Source: a virus
Taxonomy: Duplodnaviria > Heunggongvirae > Uroviricota > Caudoviricetes
Direction: 5' to 3' (one strand)
IMG/VR virus record: IMGVR_UViG_3300021400_000932
DNA length: 64,000 nucleotides
A program made the position numbers and the translations under genes. This document shows positions 47,668 through 56,321 of the stretch, piece by piece (positions within the stretch are counted from its first letter, which is position 1; every line of letters starts with the position of its first letter). A model generated the notes under the pieces. It did not search any database, was not told the origin of the DNA, and was given only the letters and a program-made list of their open reading frames with translations.

Positions 47668-49622
47668 TTCGATACCTCTTTGTTATAAATTTTCACCCAT
47701 GTTTCGCCATCTCCGAGGGAATAGAAGAGATGTCCCTGATAAGACTGAACCGCAAGTAGAAGTGACTTGCATTCTCCTGCTTTTAGCTGACAGACCAGAT
47801 TCTTCTGTGCATCAAGATATTCAGTAGGAATGTATTTAGATATCTTGCCGAATCTATCTTTCTTAAACCAGCAAAGAAGCAGGTCATCTGTTGGGATAGA
47901 CACTACACCGATTGGTTCTGCATCTTCCGGCAGCTTGTCGCTATGTACCTGGATAGTTGACAAACTTCCATCTATTGCAGTATCCCTTGGCACATCTGAA
48001 GTAATCATCGGAATTCTGTAGGATTTGCCACCGGCAGTAAGTTCAGTATGCAACAAATCCAGAATCTGTTTCATATCCTCTTTTGGAATGTTATCCCAAT
48101 CGGCAGATAAGTTCTTAAACAGTTCTGCATTTGATGAAATATCCTCAGATAGATTATACACAGCATCAATGTGGCGTAGCGGAGCATCTACCTTTATAGG
48201 GAAAATATCAAGGTCGCCTCTATCTCTTCGATGTCCGACGGTGTAAATGCGTTCTCGATTCTGGGGGACTCCCCAATCTTTTGAGTTAAAAAGTTGCCAC
48301 GTAACATCATACCCGCATTCTCCCATTTCAGCTTGGATTGCTGCAAAGTCCCATCCTTGATTCGAGCTGAGCATTCCTTTAACATTCTCGTAGACAAGCC
48401 ATTCGGGTCTACGGTCGGCTGGTCGCTCTTTAAGGATTCTAAATACTTCGCGTACCAGAGAGCTTCTGTCTCCGTCCAATCCTGCCCTGAGGCCTGCGAC
48501 ACTGAAATCCTGGCAATTTTTTGAAACAACCCCATGTACGACATAACTGTGGTCCTCCTCGACTTCTATATTATAAACATGTTCGGATTTGGCGGGCATA
48601 GAACGCTCAAGGCGTAACCAAATATACCCATCTTCATAGATTGATTTCCATTTGGTAGTAGGAACTGTGTAGAATTTTACTCGATATGTTTTATCGCATC
48701 CGAGAAATTCAGCATCGAATTTATTTGAATATTCAATATTCGCTGGCACATGAAACAACTTGTTCACAATTAAAGAAATAGCATAAGCGGACTTTGCATT
48801 GACAGGCTCAATTACATTTTGTTTGTATTCTCTTAACCCCTTATGCCAACAGTCACCGGACACCAAACCAGTAAGGAAAGATTTCAATAACTCTTTCGGT
48901 AAGGTAATTACAGACATCGGAATGTTCTTTTCATATGCGTATAGACCGAATGTTTCTCTATGAAACTTAATCAGCTCACTGTTGGAATCCGCATCATCAA
49001 AATCATCATGTCGAAACATCTTACCCATAAGAAACCAGAAAGTAGGAGAATCACTATAGAATGGCTTTTCCTCCTCAATCACCGGAATACCCATATAGCA
49101 AGCACCATTCAATTTATCTGCCTGTTCAAAGGTCGGTGCTTCAAGTTTTCTCCCGACATGGTTATCCTTCTTATATGATACTTTACGAACCCAGAATTTG
49201 TGTTCATTTGTACAATGAATATCCAAAAATCCGACGCCGGACAAATAGCGAGTTTCGGCAATACCATTGTCAAAAATCTTCTTAACAGGATGCCAAGTAT
49301 TACTCTTGGTCAGCACCATATCGCCAACCTTGATGTCTTTCAGCTCCTTATAACCATCTTGGGTAAGGATAAGACTGTCAGCGGTAATACAAGGTGCGCC
49401 AAATGTCCAACATTCTGCATCAGGAATATCCATGCCTTTTACATCACAGATATCACTCGATGTGGGCGGTTCTCCGTAGATTGTTTCATAAATCTTTCTC
49501 TTGTGCTTATCCCACTCACAGGAATAAACTGTTTCCCAACCGGCTTTATCAAATCCGGCACGGAAATTACCCATACCGCAGAAGAATTCAACCATTCTGG
49601 GCTTTTTCTGCATATAAAACAC
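47496..49622 (-). CDS. DNA cytosine-5 methyltransferase (motifs I-VIII) interrupted by an intein
   Basis: FCGMG, GAP|CQDFS, ENVKG and QNRERIY; motifs IX-X not seen. Confidence 0.88.
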   Translation of the reverse strand: MFYMQKKPRMVEFFCGMGNFRAGFDKAGWETVYSCEWDKHKRKIYETIYGEPPTSSDICDVKGMDIPDAECWTFGAPCITADSLILTQDGYKELKDIKVGDMVLTKSNTWHPVKKIFDNGIAETRYLSGVGFLDIHCTNEHKFWVRKVSYKKDNHVGRKLEAPTFEQADKLNGACYMGIPVIEEEKPFYSDSPTFWFLMGKMFRHDDFDDADSNSELIKFHRETFGLYAYEKNIPMSVITLPKELLKSFLTGLVSGDCWHKGLREYKQNVIEPVNAKSAYAISLIVNKLFHVPANIEYSNKFDAEFLGCDKTYRVKFYTVPTTKWKSIYEDGYIWLRLERSMPAKSEHVYNIEVEEDHSYVVHGVVSKNCQDFSVAGLRAGLDGDRSSLVREVFRILKERPADRRPEWLVYENVKGMLSSNQGWDFAAIQAEMGECGYDVTWQLFNSKDWGVPQNRERIYTVGHRRDRGDLDIFPIKVDAPLRHIDAVYNLSEDISSNAELFKNLSADWDNIPKEDMKQILDLLHTELTAGGKSYRIPMITSDVPRDTAIDGSLSTIQVHSDKLPEDAEPIGVVSIPTDDLLLCWFKKDRFGKISKYIPTEYLDAQKNLVCQLKAGECKSLLLAVQSYQGHLFYSLGDGETWVKIYNKEVSKCEVILSSILEEDVPEKYFLSDKVTQRLLSYKDTNLEPLQGGQPDEGILRVNGFHKQ
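48516..49391 (-). mobile_element. Intein (292 aa) with degenerate LAGLIDADG region
   Basis: Starts CITADSLILTQDG, block B CTNEHKF, ends VYNIEVEEDHSYVVHGVVSKN followed by Cys; FLTGLVSGD remnant. Confidence 0.9.
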
Positions 49623-49642
49623 CTCTTTCTATGCACATAAAC

Positions 49643-50204
49643 TCAGCAAATCCCTTTAAATAGGTTATGCTGAGTATTTCTTGTCTTTTTTGTTTTTCTT
49701 TCGACAACCACTATAGTGTCATTGTGCCAACCGCCGTGAGGAACAAGTAGTATTTCTTCTATCTCAAAGCCATACTTCTTTCCGATTCCACCGGAGTTCC
49801 ATCCACAAGTGATAACTATGCCATTATATTTAACGATTCTACTTATCTGTTTTTTTTTGCTTGGACCAGTAACTTGCTTGAGTTGTTTCCATATTGACTG
49901 TTTGTCCAAGTTGCTTGTAACACTCAGCCACCTGACGGGGGCTGAATGGAGGGTCCCACAACACCATATCGGCTGTATCATCATCCAGCATACTCAGAAA
50001 ATCAGTCGCGTCCATATGATAATCAGTACCATATTGTGGGTCTAAATCATTTGTAATTGTTCCAAACCGGTTTGAATTTGCAAATGGGTCTATGATTGTA
50101 TGTTCTTTAGGTAACATATCAATATATTTGCATATCAGTGCATTGATAGGCTTTATACTAAATGTATTGCTATTTGGCATAGACCAAACTCTATTTATTA
50201 TCAT
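49643..50204 (-). pseudogene. Adenine DNA methyltransferase split by one extra A in an A9 tract
   Basis: DPFAN and DPPFSPRQ in the 5' ORF; frame changes at 49850-49858; an A8 tract would give continuous ..WSKQKKQISRIVK.. Confidence 0.75.
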
Positions 50205-50950
50205 ACGGAACCCCTATAATTTTGAATGGCATCTGCCAATTCACCGATAGCGATTGCTGTGTCCAAATATACCCGTCGTAGGTTTATTCTAATTTTATCA
50301 TCTGCAGTGTCGGCGGTATAAAAGAATGATGGTATACCATCTAAACCCAATTCTATGGCTTCTGTAATACTTTGATAATACCAGCAAAGTACTGTATTGT
50401 TCGGAACATTGATTGTTGTATCATTATACTTAATCAATCTTTCTACATAAATAGGATACTTGAACTCACTGTGATTTGCAAGTTCCTCACACTTTCCGGT
50501 TAAACCAACACACATAGTAAAAGGCTTGTCTAAACTATGAGAAATAGCTCTACCAAGAAGTTGTATGGTATCATCTAGCCTATCTATCGTGAAATTTGGA
50601 ATATCGAAATCAAATATAGCAACAATGTATGGTAAAGCCAAAGGTATTTCATCAAAAACATCCCACAGTCCATAATTCGGAATGAATATTTTATTTTGCG
50701 GGTTATCTGTGCGATGCTGAAGATAAACATACCCAACCCATGGGATTGATAATTCATTGCAGGCCTTAGCATATTCTTTAAAGCACTTATCAATATGAAA
50801 TGTTCCATTATTGCACATAATAGTGCCGATTCGCAGCATACAGAACGATTCTTTCATATTTCCCACACAATCAAATCTAAAATCTATATTTCTATCAAAT
50901 TCTGACAAACAAACACCAATAGAAATTTTAGTTTCTGCGGAATTTTCCAT
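50201..50950 (-). CDS. Degenerate GH25-like barrel protein
   Basis: GVCLSEF..IDF..FCMLRIG..DKCF..C....IPWVGYVY parallels the GH25 N-terminal half but lacks the catalytic acids. Confidence 0.45.
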   Translation of the reverse strand: MENSAETKISIGVCLSEFDRNIDFRFDCVGNMKESFCMLRIGTIMCNNGTFHIDKCFKEYAKACNELSIPWVGYVYLQHRTDNPQNKIFIPNYGLWDVFDEIPLALPYIVAIFDFDIPNFTIDRLDDTIQLLGRAISHSLDKPFTMCVGLTGKCEELANHSEFKYPIYVERLIKYNDTTINVPNNTVLCWYYQSITEAIELGLDGIPSFFYTADTADDKIRINLRRVYLDTAIAIGELADAIQNYRGSV

Positions 50951-51119
50951 ATGTATTTCTCCCTTTCATTTCAATGTGATGTTCGGTGTTTACTAAAATC
51001 TTAGGCGGTTCTTTATAACAAGTAGATGTCATTGTTGCCATTACACCATCTTCTGAGAATACCCAACCCTTTTCTCTGCTTGGACCGATGTGAAGTACCT
51101 TTATTATCTGTGTTTCCAT
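50928..51119 (-). CDS. Stand-alone C5-methyltransferase variable-region repeat
   Basis: VFSEDGVMATMTSTCYKEPPKIL. Confidence 0.45.
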   Translation of the reverse strand: METQIIKVLHIGPSREKGWVFSEDGVMATMTSTCYKEPPKILVNTEHHIEMKGRNTYGKFRRN

Positions 51120-51868
51120 ATTCTGCTATTTGCTATATTGTAGTATTTTTCATCTATCTCTATACCGATAAACTTTCTATTGTTTTGCACAGATGCCACA
51201 CCAGTAGAACCAATTCCCATAAATGGGTCTAATACCGTATCTCCAGGCTGTGATGAATTTAACACTAAAATTTCCATAAGTCGAACGGGTTTCTCAACAT
51301 CATGGAGATTTTTCCCATCCGGACCTTTTGTTTTAATATTCGGAACAGATAAAATATCGCTTGTTCCGTTGTTGTTTATCTGTATACCTCTACCTTTTCG
51401 GAAGAATAATATGTATTCAAATTGCGACATATAAAATCTACCGACAATTTTGTTTCCTTTATCCCATATCAAACATTTGATGAAATGAAATCCGCAATCG
51501 GTAAATACATTAAGCATTTTCTGTAAATTTATATGATTTGTCATTACATAACAATGACTACCATCTTTCAGTAGACGATAAAACTCAGGCGCATACTTAT
51601 CACATTCTATGCTATTATGATTAAATATCTTACCTTGCTTATTTAACTCAGTAGTGAGCATACCACCAGTTGTTCCGGCACAGCCTTTTGGAGTAATCCT
51701 ATATGGTGGGTCTGTAACTATTAGGTCGATACTGCTATCTTCCATCTGTTTCATATGAAACAGGCAATCCCCGCAAATAAGATTGCAGTCTGCATCAGAA
51801 CATTCATCGGTATGTGAGGTGGGGGGTTCTACCGATTTTGTAGCCAACTTCAATTCATCAAATATCAA
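51104..51868 (-). CDS. DNA amino-methyltransferase, beta class
   Basis: TDPPY..HDVEKPV..DPFMGIGSTG. Confidence 0.9.
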   Translation of the reverse strand: MIFDELKLATKSVEPPTSHTDECSDADCNLICGDCLFHMKQMEDSSIDLIVTDPPYRITPKGCAGTTGGMLTTELNKQGKIFNHNSIECDKYAPEFYRLLKDGSHCYVMTNHINLQKMLNVFTDCGFHFIKCLIWDKGNKIVGRFYMSQFEYILFFRKGRGIQINNNGTSDILSVPNIKTKGPDGKNLHDVEKPVRLMEILVLNSSQPGDTVLDPFMGIGSTGVASVQNNRKFIGIEIDEKYYNIANSRIWKHR

Positions 51869-52200
51869 CTATCAACACTTCTTTTCTTCAACTCTTCCAA
51901 AAGCAAATCTGCAAAAGATTTATAACATTCTGTTTTTTGTGGTTTGTAATACATATCTATGAAATCTTCTACGGAAATGCTATCTGCGAGAACCGCACCG
52001 TAATCTGAATTGAAATAAGAATATATCATAGAAAACATTCTTATTATATCTACGGATTCTATCAAATCCAGATGATTCAGTATGATTGACATGATTTTCT
52101 TAGAAACATCATCCGGTTCGCCTAAACTGATTGATTTTGTACTATCTAAAGCACAGCTCAATGCAATTCTGAACAAAAATCCTAGTTCTTTGCTATCCAT
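51865..52200 (-). CDS. Hypothetical protein
   Basis: Likely start MDSKELG with GGAG RBS; class A motif at 52239-52248. Confidence 0.55.
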   Translation of the reverse strand: MDSKELGFLFRIALSCALDSTKSISLGEPDDVSKKIMSIILNHLDLIESVDIIRMFSMIYSYFNSDYGAVLADSISVEDFIDMYYKPQKTECYKSFADLLLEELKKRSVDS

Positions 52201-52268
52201 AGATACACTACTCCAATTACATATTACTACACATATTATATAACGATTGGCAAAAGCGAAAATAAGTA

Positions 52269-52299
52269 GACACCTCACAAAAAATTTCTGTGAGGTGTC
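52269..52299 (-). terminator. Probable terminator after the endolysin pair
   Basis: GACACCTCACA/TGTGAGGTGTC inverted repeat. Confidence 0.6.
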
Positions 52300-52328
52300 C
52301 GATATCGACAAGTTTTTAGATATTGTAA

Positions 52329-53399
52329 TTAAACGATGGAGATTCTTAACTTATCAATCTTCTTGCCGAAACTTCCGGCATAACCATCCTGACCATTAGT
52401 GGTCTGGTCATCCTTCTGCCAATCATAGTATGATGTAGTGCCGATAGGACTTACTTGGTACTTAGCATAGTAATATGTTCCTGTACCCTGTGGTGTCTTG
52501 TAGTAAATCTGAATAGCATCTATCGGATGATTGTCACCGGCATAGCCATTTTCATCATCCTTGATATTATATCCAGTTACTTTCGGTAACCAACCTCTGC
52601 CGAGTTCATGAACTCTGTACCATACTGTACCCTTATCAACCTTGATAGCAACGCCCTTTATTGGGTCATTCTCTATTCCGGCATAGTCTGTGAGGTCTTT
52701 TACTTCCGGTAACCAACCTCTGCCTACTGTCTGCACTCTGTAAGTGACAGAGGGTTTTCCGACTGGAGTTGGAGTAGGTGTCGGAGTAGGAGTAGGTGTT
52801 GGCTGAGTTCCATCAATAACACTCTGGTTGATGATTTGGTCTAAGTCAATCGAACCGTTAAATCCGGAAATAGTGCCTACACCGTGTTGCCATACATCAC
52901 AATCCCTGCCTGGGCTGCTTACTCCCCAATGTGCAAGCCAAATGCTGTACTTCTTTAGGGTATTGTAATCAATATAGTTATTAAACCAGTTGGGATTAGA
53001 ATATATACCAGCTCTGTAACCACCGGCTTTTATAGCATCGCAGTAAGCACAAGCAACGTTAGTAAGTGCGGTTCTGCCAATAGAAGTAGTTGCTGCATCT
53101 TCCATATCATAATAGATAGGGAGATTCAGTTTCTTCTTATTGAGGTATTCCAAAGTTTTTGCTGCCTCTTGCTTTGCAAATGAAACAGAAGAAGCATGAG
53201 CAAACCAATAAATTCCTACCTTTATTCCGGCAGCAGTAGCATTCGCATAAAATGTTTCAAACTGAGGGTCTTTGTGGAATGCACCACTAAAATACTCACC
53301 GATTTTCAGAATTGCTACCTTTATTCCGGCAGCTTTCAGCTTGCTAAAATTAGCACCTGCCTGATAACTAGAAACATCAACGCAATCTGTCTTAACCAT
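52329..53399 (-). CDS. Endolysin: GH25 muramidase + TP linker + C-terminal cell-wall-binding domain
   Basis: VDVSSYQ, YYDME, WLAHW..WQH..DLD; (TP)n linker; two GRGWLP repeats. Confidence 0.9.
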   Translation of the reverse strand: MVKTDCVDVSSYQAGANFSKLKAAGIKVAILKIGEYFSGAFHKDPQFETFYANATAAGIKVGIYWFAHASSVSFAKQEAAKTLEYLNKKKLNLPIYYDMEDAATTSIGRTALTNVACAYCDAIKAGGYRAGIYSNPNWFNNYIDYNTLKKYSIWLAHWGVSSPGRDCDVWQHGVGTISGFNGSIDLDQIINQSVIDGTQPTPTPTPTPTPTPVGKPSVTYRVQTVGRGWLPEVKDLTDYAGIENDPIKGVAIKVDKGTVWYRVHELGRGWLPKVTGYNIKDDENGYAGDNHPIDAIQIYYKTPQGTGTYYYAKYQVSPIGTTSYYDWQKDDQTTNGQDGYAGSFGKKIDKLRISIV

Positions 53400-53416
53400 A
53401 GTAATGTGTCCTCCGA

Positions 53417-54373
53417 TTAAGTAAGATACAGTTTCAGCTTGTCGATAGCCTTACCGAAGCTACCTGCATAGCCATCCATACCATTGGTGGTATTATCATC
53501 AATCTGCCAATCATAGTAACTTGTGGTTCCCATCGGACTTACCTGATACTTAGCACAATAAACCTTGCCTTTGCTTCTAAGACTATCGGGAGTCTTATAG
53601 TAAACAGTAATGGCATCTATCGGAGTAGAACCATCACCGGCATATCCATTATTGATATCTCCGGTGTTGTATCCGGTAACCTTACCATACCATCTTCCGC
53701 TGGTTACATGCGCTCTGTACCATAAAGAACCCTTGTCAGTCTTGATTGCGATAGCAGTAATCGGGTCTTGTTCGATTCCGGCATAATCCTGTAAGTTCTT
53801 AACTTCCGGTAGCCAACCATGATTTTTGGTCTTGACCTTATAATACAGATTTGGAGCTGAAGTATCATCTCCACCACCGCCACCACCGGAACCGCCATAT
53901 GCGGGACGACCAACTGCGGTAATGTTAGATGGCCAGCGAATCTGCCGCTTTACTTCTCCATTGTAAGAACCGCCGGTATTACCCTCGATAGTGGTATAAG
54001 AACCATCGGAATTGCACTTCTCAATGATTCCAACATGGTCGAAGGTGTAGAAACCAGGAACCCAAGTAGACCGTTCGGATGACCAATGGAACAATACGAC
54101 ATCACCAGGCTTAAATCCAGACTTCAGCAGTCTACCGTGTGCGTTGAAATTGACTGCAAGCGTACCACAGTTAGCAGTCTTACCATACAGTAAACTTGCA
54201 TCACCGGCATGCTTAAATACCCACCAGACAAAGGCGGCGCACCAATCGAATGCAGAGCCACTGACTTCGCTGCCGTAATACTCAGTATTGTACTTGCATC
54301 TCTTGATGTCAGTAGCCTTGACTCCTACCTGAGCTCTTGCAACTTCAAGGACTTTTTCAGCAGTAATAGCCAT
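53417..54373 (-). CDS. Endolysin: CHAP domain + Gly linker + the same C-terminal binding domain
   Basis: WCAAFVWW..HVGII..TIEGNT; C-terminus closely similar to that of the neighbouring lysin. Confidence 0.9.
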   Translation of the reverse strand: MAITAEKVLEVARAQVGVKATDIKRCKYNTEYYGSEVSGSAFDWCAAFVWWVFKHAGDASLLYGKTANCGTLAVNFNAHGRLLKSGFKPGDVVLFHWSSERSTWVPGFYTFDHVGIIEKCNSDGSYTTIEGNTGGSYNGEVKRQIRWPSNITAVGRPAYGGSGGGGGGDDTSAPNLYYKVKTKNHGWLPEVKNLQDYAGIEQDPITAIAIKTDKGSLWYRAHVTSGRWYGKVTGYNTGDINNGYAGDGSTPIDAITVYYKTPDSLRSKGKVYCAKYQVSPMGTTSYYDWQIDDNTTNGMDGYAGSFGKAIDKLKLYLT

Positions 54374-54420
54374 AAAAATAAACCTCCTATATAAATTTGG
54401 GCTTCTCTGCCCGTCATTTA

Positions 54421-54431
54421 TATAAAAGGTT
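54421..54431 (-). promoter_or_regulatory. Class B promoter motif upstream of the endolysins
   Basis: AACCTTTTATA. Confidence 0.6.
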
Positions 54432-54456
54432 TTCTGTGCTTTGTATTTATTTAGTT

Positions 54457-54636
54457 TTAAGAATGATTTACTTTCAAAAATCTATAGTATGGACATCTCT
54501 CGCAGAGTTCTATGATACCATCAGAACCATCGCAAGCAGGCTTTTCTGCCTTTGTTATCCTTTGTTGAACTAACCTATCGGCATAGTCTTTGCAGGAATC
54601 ATACAGTAAATTATCAACAATTATCCGGTCTTTCAA
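54457..54636 (-). CDS. Small Cys-containing protein (59 aa, not in the ORF track)
   Basis: GAGGTGA RBS, TTG start, MKDRIIVDNLLYDSCKD..CERCPYY; class B motif at 54656-54666. Confidence 0.55.
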   Translation of the reverse strand: MKDRIIVDNLLYDSCKDYADRLVQQRITKAEKPACDGSDGIIELCERCPYYRFLKVNHS

Positions 54637-55081
54637 AACATATCACCTCTATCGGTATACAAGGTTTGTTACACAAATGGGACCCACAATATTTTGTGAA
54701 TCCCAAATGCGCGGATTAATCATTACTCAAACTACATATAGTAGATACTATCGAAAAAATGACACCATACCAATCCTCTCTGGTTTCTTACACAAGCATC
54801 ATCGACACTACAATAGTTGGTCTAGCTTCCTCACCAGTGAACATATTTCCTTCCTCGCCTCAGAACCTATCAAAAGAAAGGTACAATGTCAATTCCGGCC
54901 ACCGCACACAAATCCATTAAACGGACAGCCGAGACAGTTAATCGGGAACTGCTGAACCGTATGCGTTGACAAACCTTAATTCTCTGCCAGTATAAATTAC
55001 CCACACCGAAATGTTACCCCAGTTTTTAGGACTTTCATCCAAGGTACTGGTAGGTTCATAACCTCAGAATATCGCTCTGAC

Positions 55082-55171
55082 GGGAAGTGAAAGGACTCGA
55101 ACCTCACATCTCAATCACAAGGATTGCGTGTTTCCTATCGAACGGTGCCGACATAGCTTACACTAACTTCC
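55082..55171 (-). ncRNA. Degenerate tRNA-like RNA with enlarged D-loop
   Basis: GGAAGU/ACUUCC acceptor, GGUUCGAGUCC T-loop, CAAUC/GAUUG stem, GUGU/ACAC D-stem with about a 28-nt loop. Confidence 0.5.
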
Positions 55172-55316
55172 ATATAAATCATAAAATGAACAGTAGAATC
55201 AGCAGCAACCACAGGAAATTTGCATTCCAAAATACTATGGTAAGTATTGTAGAACAAAGTATTACCAATGTTCCTAAGATTATTGCTTTTCTATCACTCA
55301 TAATGACCTCTCAAAG

Positions 55317-55393
55317 TGGTGGAACATCAAGGATTCGAACCTTGGACCAACCGGTTATGAGCCGGTAGCTCTGACCAACTGAGCTAATGTTCC
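55317..55393 (-). tRNA. tRNA-CAU (probably Ile2, otherwise elongator Met)
   Basis: Full cloverleaf, loop CUCAUAA, encoded CCA; body resembles Bacillota tRNA-Ile2. Confidence 0.88.
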
Positions 55394-55557
55394 ATAGATG
55401 TAGGTTCGTTTGTGAAGAATGTGCATCCGCAAACTTCGCTCTAAGGTGCTACCGCCTCTTTTAGGAAATTTCTCTTAACAACCTACTAAAAAGATAATAT
55501 AACCAACTCTTTGTTAAGCAACCTAGAGTCCAAATCCCACCAGCTTAAATCATTTGG

Positions 55558-55718
55558 CGCTCGCCGAACACTTTAGTAGCATACTGCTGTCGGTACAGAT
55601 GGTACAGCATCTTGCGGAACGCCCGACAATTCGGACAGCGGTGAAACTATCGGCGTCACTCGCAAGATGCTGTTGGTATCAAACCGACTACAAGAAGCGT
55701 AGGATTTCGGACAGCGGT
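55558..55718 (-). ncRNA. Long irregular hairpin RNA (6S-like architecture)
   Basis: 13-bp perfect stem 55604-55616/55661-55673 plus outer stems and an internal bubble. Confidence 0.5.
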
Positions 55719-55748
55719 TACTACATTTTCCACATTAGCCGGTCTGAT

Positions 55749-55824
55749 TGGTAGCCTATACGGGATTCGAACCCATGACTTCGCCGTGAAAGGGCGATGA
55801 CTTAAACCACTTGTCGAATAGGCC
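55749..55824 (-). tRNA. tRNA-Glu(UUC)
   Basis: Cloverleaf, loop CUUUCAC, CCA. Confidence 0.93.
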
Positions 55825-55830
55825 ATGTAA

Positions 55831-55937
55831 GCAGGAGGGAAGATTGAACTTCCGCTTGTGCCATTATCGGTGTTAATAACGGGTTGCCTGAGTGTACAAA
55901 TAGCATGAACGGTAACACCGAATTTTCCGGCTCCTGC
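55831..55937 (-). ncRNA. 107-nt tRNA-like RNA, copy 1
   Basis: GCAGGAG/CUCCUGC closing stem, T-like arm GGAAG-UUCAAU-CUUCC, 9-bp internal stem. Confidence 0.55.
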
Positions 55938-56085
55938 AGGTAATGACTTTTGGTGGAGCAGATGTCGAACTGCTATGATGAACTAAAATTAAACTTGGTA
56001 TGAGAACAAGAGCGCAATTCTCAACTGGCTGATTGAGGGCTTTAAAATGCAGAACGTGTTACGTCAACACAAGTATTTAGTTCAT

Positions 56086-56162
56086 TGGTTGCGGGAGAGG
56101 GATTTGAACCCCCGACCTTCGGGTTATGAGCCCAACGAGCTACCGGACTGCTCCACCCCGCC
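56086..56162 (-). tRNA. Initiator tRNA-fMet(CAU)
   Basis: 1:72 mismatch, three G-C pairs in the anticodon stem, CCA. Confidence 0.92.
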
Positions 56163-56321
56163 AGATGTGGCACGTCACCCAACTTAGTGCCAACCGACAA
56201 CCCTTACTTTACTCTTAATAGTTGTCTCCAAAAAAAGGAATTAATATGCGTAGTCAAAACTACATCGAAAATGCTATATTAGCGTTCTCTACTGTATATA
56301 ACGATTGCAAAATCGAAATTC

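Noticed and set aside
55558-55718. SRP RNA or canonical Y RNA
   Set aside because: There is no SRP helix-8 GGAA/AGCAG motif; GCUGUCCGAA resembles the Y RNA 5' strand but no matching partner strand with a bulged C was seen.
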